A stretch of 63,398 nucleotides of DNA, filler included, from Tortispora ganteri (taxonomy: Eukaryota), in assembly GCA_003707115.1 (NCBI GenBank). It is 11 parts of 11 records of this genome, joined end to end, with 100 filler letters (N's around TTAATTAATTAA, not from the genome) between each part and the next. Parts side by side here need not be neighbours in the genome. Positions count along the whole stretch, not along the records: positions 19,336 to 25,064 come from PPNB01000061.1; positions 25,165 to 30,811 come from PPNB01000062.1; positions 30,912 to 36,498 come from PPNB01000063.1; positions 36,599 to 42,162 come from PPNB01000064.1; 7 more parts are not named here. The stretch is one strand, 5' to 3'. Shown here piece by piece: positions 23,328 to 36,745 of this stretch (positions are counted from its first letter, which is position 1; every line of letters starts with the position of its first letter). The position numbers were made by a program, and so were the translations under genes. The notes beneath the pieces were generated by a model, which saw only the letters and a program-made list of their open reading frames with translations, was not told the DNA's origin and did no database searches.

Positions 23328-23559
23328 AATCAAATAAATTGCACTAGGAAAATATTAGCTGATGTTTGAAAATGAAGCAGGTAAATGATGAGAGGTTTTC
23401 TCCTGGTGGTGGTGGTGGTGGTCAAGGAACTATATAAGCAACGGAGGACTGTGATTGGTTGAAACCTAGTTTTTCTTTCTACGTAAGAAACCATTAAAAT
23501 AGCGTATAGATTGCAATTTACTTGTAGGAAATTATCGTTTAGTTTCATTTATTATGACA

Positions 23560-24690
<1,131 letters not shown>

Positions 24691-24798
24691 TTAGGTTTTA
24701 TATAGGTAATATAGTTTCAGTGTAATAGTCATAATAGATGATATGCTTCAACAACATGTAAATGCATTAGTATCGTTATTAGGCGTTAAAAAAAATAA

Positions 24799-25064
24799 TT
24801 ATGACGCAGAAGAAGTGATAGTATTATCGTCTTCAGATTCATTCTCCGAGTACTCGTCGGATGTTGTTTCGGACTCGAGATCGCTTAGTTCGGGAATCGG
24901 TTCCCGCCAGTAGTTCAGGTCAGTATATGCCTCTTCGCCAAACAAACCAGCAGTAACAGGCGGGAAAAACTGATCTACCAAATCGTTCAAAAACACGTAC
25001 GACGATCTATACCCGGCAAGTTCAAGCAATTCCATATGCACCTCTCCATTGGAATTGATAGTGA
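24799..25064 (-). CDS. PAH1: 3' end of lipin/phosphatidate phosphatase (allele 1); 5' truncated
   Basis: TINSNGEVHMELLELAGYRSSY..LVDQFFPPV and YWREPIPEL (WRDPLVDID-like). Confidence 0.88.
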
Positions 25065-25164
25065 NNNNNNNNNNNNNNNNNNNNNNNNNNNNNNNNNNNN
25101 NNNNNNNNTTAATTAATTAANNNNNNNNNNNNNNNNNNNNNNNNNNNNNNNNNNNNNNNNNNNN
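25065..25164. other. Artificial contig linker
   Basis: N44-TTAATTAATTAA-N44. Confidence 0.99.
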
Positions 25165-26178
25165 ATAGATTACGTAAATTCGATTTTAGTCTCATTATGT
25201 CGCTTATTACCATTGCATATTGTTGTATTAGCCGTTAATACTCATGCGGGTACTAAACTGTCACTAACGATAACTACTACCCCAATGTCAGGTCCAAGGG
25301 TTAGCAAATCCACCAATGGGATAGCAAGTCACTCGATCGAAAGCGGCAAGGTAGCCTTCTTCGTTGTGATAAGCACTTGAGTTGGCCGCTTCATCTCATT
25401 AAATTAAATGATTAGAAATTTGAGGCTGAAAATGCTAAAGCCAACTTATAGTACGTCGAAATCCCCTCGGTCAAGTTGAAAAGCTTAGATACATGACGCG
25501 AAACGTCCGGTTTAATTAATGGCATGTTGCATAGGTAAGTAAGACCATGTTGTCCCTATTCTAGGAGATGTATGGCTTCCTAGGTTGATCGTAAAAAAGA
25601 CTAATCGCAAAAATAGTGTATGTTTTACAACTAGACGTCGTTGCTGATTGGTGAACTGGCAAATGTTATTATAATTTAACCTTCATTTTGAGGAACTTAG
25701 TAATTTTAGTGTGTAACCGGATTTTCTGAATCAAGAAACCATGTCAAGGATTGATAAGACATGCGATCTTATTTTATGACTGCATAGTCTGTATATTCAG
25801 AGTCTACAAAAAAGAATTCACTTTTCAGCTTATTTTTATAGCTATAATTGTTTGCATAACTTTTGTTATGTGGACATACCTGCAATCGATGATTCACAAC
25901 ACGTTAGCATTACAGTAAAGCTTATTTGAATAAACTTATTCATGTTACATTTTCGCACTATCGATCGCATATTGCACTAGTGCCTTTTCGTAGCTTTACG
26001 TTCTTATCGGTGGCTTCTGGCGCAATTATTTTAACAAAGTCAAAGAAAAATGCGCGATGTTAAGCTTTAGTGTACTTTGCAACTCCAGCCCCTTAGAGGC
26101 TTTCAAATAGCTCCCGGTTTTCATATATATTTACACAATGTCCGCTTCTCCACAATTATTTTCCTATCTCTATAAGCC

Positions 26179-27918
26179 ATGTCCTATCCTGACGAAAAGT
26201 CCGTCAAGAACGAGAAAGGCTATGTTATAGAAGCAACGTCTTCGGACAATACCGCCCTCTCTACAGAATACACTGAGAAGACAATTCCTGCGGGCGACAA
26301 TGGTCCTCCTATTGATATCTACCCGGATCCTACCCCAGATGAGCTTGACACACTGCGACGTATCCGAGATAAGATCCCATTTGCTGCATTTATTGTCGCT
26401 GTAGTAGAGCTCTGCGAGCGATTCACATACTACGGTGTCTCTGGGCCCTTTCAGAACTACATCCAGTATAGCCCGAACGACGTCATTCCTGGAAAGCTGG
26501 GCAAAGGCGAAAGCACAGCTACTGCACTCAACTACTTTTATCAGTTCTGGACTTACTGTACCCCCATTTTTGGTGCAATCTTAGGCGATCAGTACTTGGG
26601 CAAATTCTGGGCCATTATTACATGTTGCTGCATCTATATGGTCGGTCTCATAGTCTTGCTTGTGACCTCTTTCCCTTTTGCTGATACATCCGCTTCACTT
26701 GGCGGCTTGATAGTTGGCATGATCTGCACAGGGTTTGGTGCTGGTGGAATCAAGGCCAATGTTGGACCTTTGATTGCTGAGCAGTATACCAATAAAAGAG
26801 CCTTTGTGAAGACTCTCAAGTCTGGTGAACGTGTGATTGTCGACCCGCGCATTACGAACGAGGTCATTTTCCAGATTTTCTACCTTTGCATAAACATTGG
26901 AGCATTGTCTCCTCTTGTCACAACTAATCTCGAGCTTCATGTCAGCTACTGGGCTGCTTTCCTTGTACCTACTTGTTTCTTTTGCTTAGCCTTCCTTGCC
27001 ATGTTCTTTGGAAAACGCATTCTTCGTGTCAAGAAACCCCAAGGTTCTGTTATTCCTATGGCTTTCCGTGTAACCTTCCAAGCTGTTAAGCACAAATTCA
27101 GTATGGAAGCAGTTAAACCTTCAAGGAATCCTGATGCCAACTACCCATGGAATGACCATTTTGTGGACGAAATCAAGCGCGCTCTCCAGGCATGTAAAGT
27201 CTTCTGTTTGTTGCCCATTTACAGTCTCATGTACGGAAATATGTCCTCTAACTTCGTCTCTCAGGCTGGCCAGATGGAGCTCCACGGAATTCCAAACGAT
27301 GTAATGTCAGTTTTCGATTCAATTACGATTATTGTCTTTGTTCCCTTCATGTCAGCAATTGGATTCCCCTTATTGCGCAAAATGGGCTTCAAAATGATGC
27401 CTATCACCAAGATGACCATAGGATATTTTCTCATTGGTATTTCAATGGCATATGCTGCAATCATTCAGCACTTAATCTATTCTGCCGGCCCTTGCTACGA
27501 TAACCCTCTCGGTTGTCCTGCTAGTGATAACGGAACCATTCCGAACAGAGTCAATATAGCTATTCAAATCCCCGCGTATATTATTATGGGAATGTCTGAA
27601 ATCTTTAATTACGTCACAGGACTCGAATATGCTTACACTAAAGCTCCTGACTCTCTGAAATCTTTCGTTATGGCGCTGTACCTTCTCACCAATGCTGTTG
27701 GTGCTGCTCTTGGTATGGCTCTCTCTCCTGTCGCCGTCAATCCCAAGCTTCTTTGGATGTATACTGGTCTTGCAGCCGCTGCTGTTGTTGCCGGTGTCGT
27801 GTTCTGGTTCTTGTTCCGCCACTTGAACTCCAAGGAAGACGCTATGAATCATATTGACGCCGAAACCGAAGAGTACTACGAGGCTGCAGCTTTCATAGGA
27901 GAAGAAGGCAGAGCCTAA
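26179..27918 (+). CDS. PTR2: POT/PTR peptide transporter (allele 2)
   Basis: Protein identical to 20427..22166; silent SNPs only. Confidence 0.95.
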   Translation: MSYPDEKSVKNEKGYVIEATSSDNTALSTEYTEKTIPAGDNGPPIDIYPDPTPDELDTLRRIRDKIPFAAFIVAVVELCERFTYYGVSGPFQNYIQYSPNDVIPGKLGKGESTATALNYFYQFWTYCTPIFGAILGDQYLGKFWAIITCCCIYMVGLIVLLVTSFPFADTSASLGGLIVGMICTGFGAGGIKANVGPLIAEQYTNKRAFVKTLKSGERVIVDPRITNEVIFQIFYLCINIGALSPLVTTNLELHVSYWAAFLVPTCFFCLAFLAMFFGKRILRVKKPQGSVIPMAFRVTFQAVKHKFSMEAVKPSRNPDANYPWNDHFVDEIKRALQACKVFCLLPIYSLMYGNMSSNFVSQAGQMELHGIPNDVMSVFDSITIIVFVPFMSAIGFPLLRKMGFKMMPITKMTIGYFLIGISMAYAAIIQHLIYSAGPCYDNPLGCPASDNGTIPNRVNIAIQIPAYIIMGMSEIFNYVTGLEYAYTKAPDSLKSFVMALYLLTNAVGAALGMALSPVAVNPKLLWMYTGLAAAAVVAGVVFWFLFRHLNSKEDAMNHIDAETEEYYEAAAFIGEEGRA

Positions 27919-28098
27919 ACATGCAGTGCGATAAGTTTACGATGTCATGATTGTCAGATGAACGTCACATTATGGGTAATTTTCATTAACGTTTTCTCCG
28001 TAGCATAAAGTAAAAATGCGTACAACACTCCGCCCAATTAGCGTACGTTCTCAAAGGCATAATATCACAAAAGTGCGCTTCGTTCAAATGCGCATGTT

Positions 28099-29079
28099 TT
28101 ACCAGAATGGTGTAGAAGGCCGGCTTCTTGGAGTTCCTGCGTAAGTGTCTATTGGGCGAGCAGTACGACGTCTGCCAGAACCAAAACGAGCAGATTCACG
28201 ACGCAGACGACGAATATTGCGTTCTCGTTCACCCTCGCGCTTCTCTATTTCGTCTTTAGACAAAACCTCAATGCTTGGAGCCCATTCCGAACACAGCCCC
28301 TCGGCGTCTAGTCTCCAGCCAGCACGTGCGCCATACGCCGCTTGGTTGTCTTGGTTAACTAAAGCAGCAGCTTCACCAGATACAAAGTCCTTTTTCAGCC
28401 GCAGTAGGCTCTCATGCACAGCGTGTGATACAGCAGGATAGAACTCCGAGGACAGAGACATGTCCTGACATACTATTTTGGCAAACTGTTCCGGTTGCAG
28501 TTCATCTGAACCAATATCCCATTCAAATTTATCTTCAAATAAGTACTTAGATAAATGTAATGATACTTGGACGGGAACGACGGAGTTGGCGAACTCAGTA
28601 TCTGCGGCTGCGGCTGCGGCGACAGTTTGTGTATCGATACCTACGACGGGCGCATACTCATCTAATTGTGTCTTTATAGCGGTCGCAATTTGATTAGCAA
28701 CACTTGAAGGCAAGTCCATGTCAATACACATTATTTGCGAGAACCTTTCAGGGGTGATTTGGGACTCGTAGAGGTTCCAGCAGAAAAAGTCGTCAATTCG
28801 CATGTTGTCATACTCAATGTTAATGCGAATCGGTACCAAAGCTTCGGGTACCGCCGGGATAGCACCTGTGAACGTATTAGAGTACACCACAGGAGCACGT
28901 TTGGCTTTTATTTCAGAGACAACAGGCGGCGTGTCGTCATCGTGTTCGTTGTCGGAATCGATGTCATCGAGATACTGTTTTCGCGTCCTTGTTTGGCCAG
29001 AAGTGACAGAGATAAGCGATGTGCGGTCGGCTCTGAGACGGGAGGCGTACGTAGTAGAGCACGCTTGCGCTGATTGCAT
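28099..29079 (-). CDS. SFH1: Sfh1 (allele 2)
   Basis: Protein identical to allele 1. Confidence 0.88.
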   Translation of the reverse strand: MQSAQACSTTYASRLRADRTSLISVTSGQTRTRKQYLDDIDSDNEHDDDTPPVVSEIKAKRAPVVYSNTFTGAIPAVPEALVPIRINIEYDNMRIDDFFCWNLYESQITPERFSQIMCIDMDLPSSVANQIATAIKTQLDEYAPVVGIDTQTVAAAAAADTEFANSVVPVQVSLHLSKYLFEDKFEWDIGSDELQPEQFAKIVCQDMSLSSEFYPAVSHAVHESLLRLKKDFVSGEAAALVNQDNQAAYGARAGWRLDAEGLCSEWAPSIEVLSKDEIEKREGERERNIRRLRRESARFGSGRRRTARPIDTYAGTPRSRPSTPFW

Positions 29080-29305
29080 AATCAAATAAATTGCACTAGG
29101 AAAATATTAGCTGATGTTTGAAAATGAAGCAGGTAAATGATGAGAGGTTTTCTCCTGGTGGTGGTGGTCAAGGAACTATATAAGCAACGAAGGACTGTGA
29201 TTGGTTGAAACCTAGTTTTTCTTTCTACGTAAGAAACCATTAAAATAGCGTATAGATTGCAATTTACTTGTAGGAGATTATCGTTTAGTTTCATTTATTA
29301 TGACA

Positions 29306-30436
<1,131 letters not shown>

Positions 30437-30545
30437 TTAGGTTTTATATAGGTAATATAGTTTCAGTGTAATAGTCATAATAGATGATATGCTTCAACAA
30501 CATGTAAATGCATTAGTATCGTTATTAGGCGTTAAAAAAAAATAA

Positions 30546-30811
30546 TTATGACGCAGAAGAAGTGATAGTATTATCATCTTCAGATTCATTCTCCGAGTAC
30601 TCGTCGGATGTCGTTTCGGACTCGAGATCGCTTAGTTCGGGAATCGGTTCCCGCCAGTAGTTCAGGTCAGTATATGCCTCTTCGCCAAACAAACCAGCAG
30701 TAACAGGCGGGAAAAACTGATCTACCAAATCGTTCAAAAACACGTACGACGATCTATACCCGGCAAGTTCAAGCAATTCCATATGCACCTCTCCATTGGA
30801 ATTGATAGTGA
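30546..30811 (-). CDS. PAH1: 3' end of Pah1 (allele 2); truncated
   Basis: As allele 1. Confidence 0.88.
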
Positions 30812-30911
30812 NNNNNNNNNNNNNNNNNNNNNNNNNNNNNNNNNNNNNNNNNNNNTTAATTAATTAANNNNNNNNNNNNNNNNNNNNNNNNNNNNNNNNN
30901 NNNNNNNNNNN
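30812..30911. other. Artificial contig linker
   Basis: N44-TTAATTAATTAA-N44. Confidence 0.99.
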
Positions 30912-31443
30912 TCGAAGACATAGGGTCAAGAAAGGACTCATCAAGAAGTGTACCGGGTGTAATAACACGACATATGCGACGCTCATAGAGGTTCTTTGTA
31001 GTTGATCCAGGTGTAGGCGGAAACTCTTCAGAAATAGCTACATGGCAGTTTAATTTGTTTACCAGTATAGCAAGGTACCGTTGTAAATGCATGAATGGGA
31101 AACCTGCCATTGGAACGAGTCCAGCACTGGTCTGTCGGGAAGAGACTTTGAGGTTCAATAAGGGTCCATATTTCGCCGCTTGGTCGAAATATAGTTCATA
31201 AAATCCACCAAGTCTAGTCAGGACTACACAAGGATCGTATTTTTTAATATTATCATAAACCTCATCAAGAACCGGCGTAAACCGTGTCTTCTTCGATCCG
31301 CCATCATCAAACTTCTCTAGGGGGGCGACTGCAGCAGTAGGTGGTATAATATCTGCAAGAGACACCGTTGAATAACGGACAAAACTACTGCATACAGAAA
31401 ATCGCGCTCGAAGAATACGCGATAGTTGTGAGAACCGCAGCAT
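30912..31443 (-). CDS. MSH1: 5' part of mitochondrial MutS homolog (allele 1); truncated
   Basis: Arg/Ser/Leu-rich presequence; MutS domain I (G.FYELYF.QA..LLNL, MAGFP, R.I.RVITPGTL.DE). Confidence 0.9.
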
Positions 31444-31619
31444 GGTATCGAATCAAGACGCGTCAACGTCGCAGTGGTGAAGTTGACTTACGTGAAGGTT
31501 TTAAGGTTCACTTTTACGTTCCTAGAAGCGCGTACTGTGTAATCGAATGTTGAAAACCAAATAGTAATTGTACAAAACAGTTGCCAAAATAACATTATAA
31601 TATAATGCAGCGTTCAAGG

Positions 31620-33161
31620 CTATATACTAGTCTTATCACTGATGTCCGCTACCGTACCTGAAGGTGACAGGTGTTTGAAGACGATATCCCGGGCATCGGT
31701 CTCGAGCAGTAGCCGCGTGGCGTGTCGCTGCAACCGGCGATTCCCACATAGCGAAGAAAATTGAAATACGACCTGCATATCTGCGACGCTCATGAACGAT
31801 GTCTCACTGCTTTCAGCTAGCAAGTAGTGCAGCTGCCGCGAGGCCATCAGATACAGGTCAGGCAGCTCATACAGCCGGCCAAACAGCATCAGTTGACCTA
31901 ACATCGACACAGACGTGCTTTCAGACCCAATAGTGTGCTTGTAAAGGTAGTCTATAACCGCCATAACCACCTCAATCGATTGTGGAATGAAAACGACAGG
32001 TTTAACACCAGGGCCAGCCTCCTTAACCGCGTTCGCATATAACTCCTGAAAGTACTTTCCCCACCGGCGACAAAGAATACGTGAACTGACCTGTACTGTT
32101 TTTCCATCCAGCGTTAGAATATTCAGGTCGACAGCGCCAGGGTTGTTTATAAGCAGGTCGCCAATCGCAGCAGAAAACTCCTGGTTGATATTACTGAAAG
32201 GTTTCACCGCTCCTATGACAGTGAGATCAATACAGAGCAAGTAGTTAAATATTCCCGCAGATTCAGACTCCGGGAAAACTTTTTGGTTAGGGAAAGTTTC
32301 AGTAAATATGAACATCTCGTTCAATAACGGGCTGTACACCATATCAGGGTAAATAGATTCGCGCAGCGATTCTGGAATGAAACACTCATACCAGTAATGT
32401 CTTGTCAAGTGAAAAGTATAAAGACGCATTTTGCCGTTAGGGTCTCTGCCGTACAACATCAGGCTGTCCTGGACTCTTTTTCCAAGTGGTGAGGTGAGCG
32501 CGGGCGGGATAGAGCCGCGGGCAGACTCAATCGGAAGAATAGCGAACCTATTATTGACAGTCTCCAGCTCCAGGTGGTACGCTGCAGTAGTTTCAGTTGT
32601 GTTATTGCATAGTAATAGACGGTTTCCTTCGCCTGAACAAGCAGATGTGTGGCTCCATTCGAGATTGTTGTCCGATAAAGCGTCCGCTATGTCATAGGTG
32701 ACAGTTGTTTTTTGTTTTAGATGGAAAAGCACCAATTGCGAACCTTTGCAGACATATACCATATTAGAACTGATTACCGACCAATCATACGGAGTTAAAA
32801 TTGATTCAGGGATGTCTCCGATCTTAACGAATTGATCGTTTTCTAACAGCTGCCAAAGTTCATGGCCTGATAGCACGACCATCCAATCAGCGCTCACCAG
32901 AACTTTGGCTGTAGATGATAATTTAGGACCATTATATGGTAATGGTCCCATCCACTTAAGTGATAGAATGTCGAGTTTATACGTTTCCGGGGGATGGGAT
33001 GCATCACCATTCATAAACAGATAGAGATGTCGATGCAAACATACTGTAACAAACCCTCTTTTTACAGCTTCTTTGAGGTTAGGCGGCCTATTAGGCGGAC
33101 ATACAAGAATAACAACGGATTCTGCATCCTCTGGAAGCACTTGTGCTTTAACAATCCGCAT
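31620..33161 (-). CDS. Kelch-like + C-terminal BTB protein, Mds3/Pmd1/Ral2-like (allele 1)
   Basis: D..I.T.DG..V.VS..IL.RRWG.YF BTB start; beta-rich N-terminal half; present as an intact allele. Confidence 0.65.
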   Translation of the reverse strand: MRIVKAQVLPEDAESVVILVCPPNRPPNLKEAVKRGFVTVCLHRHLYLFMNGDASHPPETYKLDILSLKWMGPLPYNGPKLSSTAKVLVSADWMVVLSGHELWQLLENDQFVKIGDIPESILTPYDWSVISSNMVYVCKGSQLVLFHLKQKTTVTYDIADALSDNNLEWSHTSACSGEGNRLLLCNNTTETTAAYHLELETVNNRFAILPIESARGSIPPALTSPLGKRVQDSLMLYGRDPNGKMRLYTFHLTRHYWYECFIPESLRESIYPDMVYSPLLNEMFIFTETFPNQKVFPESESAGIFNYLLCIDLTVIGAVKPFSNINQEFSAAIGDLLINNPGAVDLNILTLDGKTVQVSSRILCRRWGKYFQELYANAVKEAGPGVKPVVFIPQSIEVVMAVIDYLYKHTIGSESTSVSMLGQLMLFGRLYELPDLYLMASRQLHYLLAESSETSFMSVADMQVVFQFSSLCGNRRLQRHATRLLLETDARDIVFKHLSPSGTVADISDKTSI

Positions 33162-33611
33162 ACCCTTTATCGCTGTTAGGATCTAAGGCAGATAATAGAT
33201 CTTGGTGTAGTAGTACTCCCAAGTGTATATACATACCCCTTTTACTGATATATTTGCCCCCCAACTTCATCAATTATGTTGATACCCGCAATTACACCAT
33301 CTAATACCTTAAAACACTCTTAGAATTATCTCATTTTTTGAATTTTAATTTCCATATGATTAGCGATAACCAATACTTTGTGGGCCACTATTATCACCAT
33401 CAAATATGTGCTCTTTCCTTTCTCCGTTTCGCAATTAGTCACACTACAAGTCAAATAATGTAGATCTAACATTTCTGCATTTAAAACAGCTTTTTCTTCT
33501 ATTAATATATTTATTCGAATCGAAAAAGCAATCGAATTCCACTGGTTGCCATATCTTGCTATCTAGTGCGTTAATTATGGAGAAAACCGCTTGTTTATGT
33601 CATACACTATA

Positions 33612-34596
33612 GAAAAAAAGTGACGGGGTTCCCCCTCCTGTGGGCGCGAGAATGATTTTTTTGGCCATTCTAGCACTACCTCAAGAACTCCTTCAAGGTC
33701 ATCAGGGCTACCTGGTGCACAGTGAAGTCTTGCAGCCCTAATTGCATCAGATTCAGTTCTTCGATCCTGATACAACACGGCCCCAAGGCGAGTCGTCACG
33801 GAAAAAAAGTGACGGGGTTCCCCCTCCTGTGGGCGCGAGAATGATTTTTTTGGCCATTCTAGCACTACCTCAAGAACTCCTTCAAGGTCATCAGGGCTAC
33901 CTGGTGCACACTGAAGTCTTGCAGCCTTAATTGCATCAGATTCAGTTCTTCGATCCTGATACAACACGGCCCCAAGGCGAGTCGTCACGGAAAAAAAGTG
34001 ACGGGGTTCCCCCTCCTGCGGGCGCGAGAATGATTTTTTTGGCCATTCTGGCACTACCTCAAGAACTCCTTCAAGGTCATCAGGGCTACCTGGTGCACAG
34101 TGAAGTCTTGCAGCCTTAATTGCATCAGATTCAGTTCTTCGATCCTGATACAACACAGCCCCAAGGCGAGTCGTCACGGAAAAAAAGTGACGGGGTTCCC
34201 CCTCCTGCGGGCGCGAGAATGATTTTTTTGACCATTCTGGCACTACCTCAAGAACTCCTTCAAGGTCATCAGGGCTACCTGGTGCACAGTGAAGTCTTGC
34301 AGCCCTAATTGCATCAGATTCAGTTCTTCGATCCTGATACAACACAGCCCCAAGGCGAGTCGTCACGGAAAAAAAGTGACGGGGTTCCCCCTCCTGTGGG
34401 CGCGAGAATGATTTTTTTGGCCATTCTGGCACTACCTCAAGAACTCCTTCAAGGTCATCAGGGCTACCTGGTGCACAGTGAAGTCTTGCAGCCTTAATTG
34501 CATCAGATTCAGTTCTTCGATCCTGATACAACACAGCCCCAAGGCGAGTCGTCACGGAAAAAAGTGACGGGGTTCCCCCTCCTGTGGGCGCGAGAA
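33612..34596. repeat. 189-bp tandem array: 5 full units + 40 bp, then a degenerate unit to about 34680
   Basis: GAAAAAAAGTGACGGGG at 33612, 33801, 33990, 34179, 34368, 34557. Confidence 0.97.
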
Positions 34597-34699
34597 CTTT
34601 TTTGTTCATTCCGGCGCAACCCCAGAAACCCTTCATCATCGCGCGGGGCTACAAAGCGAATAATGAAGGTCTTGAAGCCATGTATATACTAAAATTGGA

Positions 34700-36498
34700 A
34701 TTGCCAATTTAGCACATCAAGACATCAAGCAAGGTCACTCAAGAACGTAACCAGTCACACTTCTACGACTGAGAAATGCTAACATGACGGCGTCAGTCAC
34801 AAAAGGGGAAACTGGGGGTAACTAACAAGTCTACGATGATCCAAAGTATGGGTGGGTTATTGGGTGCCTTTGGACAAGTTCACAACCGTCAAGAGGTCAG
34901 TCTCAGCTCTACATGTCGTGTGAGGGTCACCCTACGAAAAAGTCTGGGCATTATGGGTGAATGGAATGCCCATGACGAGTGTATTTGCTATCACGGGCAT
35001 GTAAGCAACAGCAAGCATGAATGCTTACGCCCAAGCTTACAATGTTGCCAGGTACCACGACGACATGACCTCAATTTGTGGGAAACATTAAGGATAATGT
35101 AATGCCACCCACAAGTATAAGGCGTCCCAGTAGCACAATGGTAACTCTACAATCCAGTCATAACTGCATGGGAAGTGGGAGAGTGTATGACCTGCCAAAA
35201 ACTTGCCAAAAAAATATCGTATACTAAGATCCAAATGTTCTGGTAGTTTTCACTTTGGCATACTCTACCAGAACGGTGCATCCGCGGTTGTTAGCCAATC
35301 AACAGTAGGTCAGCGCGCTATGAGTCTCTCTTTGCCCACTTGATACATCTGTATCTAAAACTACTATAACATGAAACCCTCATCATGCTCGACTCGTGCT
35401 AATTTCACTACTGGGCTCTGTACCTTTTAGAGGAGGACATGCGCTTCATCCTCCTAGGCTTAACCAACGGCCATTCATACTGTAGCTTGAATTAGCGATT
35501 TCTAAAATCTTCTAATTCCGCTAATCAGTAGAACTTGTTATTACGCTAAGCGTAATAACAATATGGCATCAGACCAGAGCAAGAAAACCAGGCAACTCAC
35601 AGAATTCCCGTCCAAATGGACCGTGGAAATAACATCCACTAGGATTCGCAAAGTCAGGAGTAAAGACGGCAGCGCCTTTGTCAAGACGCTTGGGTCGATC
35701 GTATTAAGCGCCGGTCATGCCCGAAGGCAATACGCAGATCCCGGGCGGCTGCAACGACAAAACCGTCCAAAAACGACACACATCATACTCAGCCTGCTCT
35801 GGGAGGTGCTGCTAGTTAATTTTTAATGCGAACCGCACCTCGACGAGTCCTGGGACCCGTGTCGTGCTTTGCATTAGCAGCATCTGGAGACAACAACTCA
35901 ATAGCCCTCCAGACCGCCCGCTGTTTTAGGCGGATATATCAGATAAGCACACGCTGCACTCGCGTGCATGATGCGCTAGACAGAGTGTACTAGCCGGTAT
36001 AATATGGTGTTTTTCTTCCAATTTGGGTGTGCTAGACCCGAGCTTTTGGGTGTCGATCGTGATGCGACAAGCAGACAGGGTCCTCAATACCCTGCAGTTC
36101 TCGCCAGATCTAGTCATCTTTTCTCCTTCATAAGTTCCACCTCTGCGCTTGAGAGCGGGTACAGAAGAAGCAGCACTGCGCTCTGAAAACGGGTGCAGAA
36201 GGACCGTTGGTCCTTCCTATCTCTTTAAGCACAGGCAAGGTCAGTTCGTGTAATGCCGCTACACTGAACCCTTAGTACGTGCAGAATGAAGAAGTTGTCT
36301 GAGGCGTGTAATGGCTATGGTTGTTGCTATACAGTCCTGGACCGCATTCCCGTTCCGGTTGTGCTTCATGTAAAACAGTCGTGGCTATGTCCCTTTCGGT
36401 CATTACTCGTGTATACAGTCCTCAGCACATCCTTCCCGACCGTGTCTCGTGTTGACAACCTATAGGGGTACAGCCGCCTCACTGCGTGGCGGAGAAAA
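34700..36498 (-). ncRNA. Candidate long structured non-coding RNA (allele 1)
   Basis: No convincing ORF; dense hairpins whose G-U pairs and tetraloops favour the minus strand; see allele at 42263. Confidence 0.35.
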
Positions 36499-36598
36499 NN
36501 NNNNNNNNNNNNNNNNNNNNNNNNNNNNNNNNNNNNNNNNNNTTAATTAATTAANNNNNNNNNNNNNNNNNNNNNNNNNNNNNNNNNNNNNNNNNNNN
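36499..36598. other. Artificial contig linker
   Basis: N44-TTAATTAATTAA-N44. Confidence 0.99.
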
Positions 36599-36745
36599 CC
36601 CACCCTACCACATACTAATGTATTATCTATCCCACCTTTATTAAAGTTTCTTAGCCCCCCACTTCCCCACGTTTACGCAGTCAATATATAAAGGCTGCTC
36701 AATGGCCCGCATTTCCTTGATTACGTGAAATATATACTTAAAAAA

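Larger units (their letters stand above)
33605..36498. mobile_element. Possible CACTA/EnSpm-like element end (terminus + subterminal repeats + non-coding interior); other end not in contig
   Basis: CACTATAGAAAAAAA exactly at the array edge; CGTCAC-N9-GTGACG dyads at unit junctions; no transposase visible. Confidence 0.35.

Noticed and set aside
23338..23362. Possible intron 3' end (GCTAAT...TAG) upstream of SFH1
   Set aside because: No plausible donor or upstream ATG between the TATA box and this site.
33612..34596. CRISPR array
   Set aside because: Units are near-identical along their whole length, with no unique spacers and no cas genes; eukaryotic context.
33575..34639. 354-aa ORF of 63-aa repeats and the recurring 62-aa ORFs
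   Set aside because: By-product of a 189-bp (63-codon) unit; the other allele has TGA stops in two units and a 1-bp deletion.
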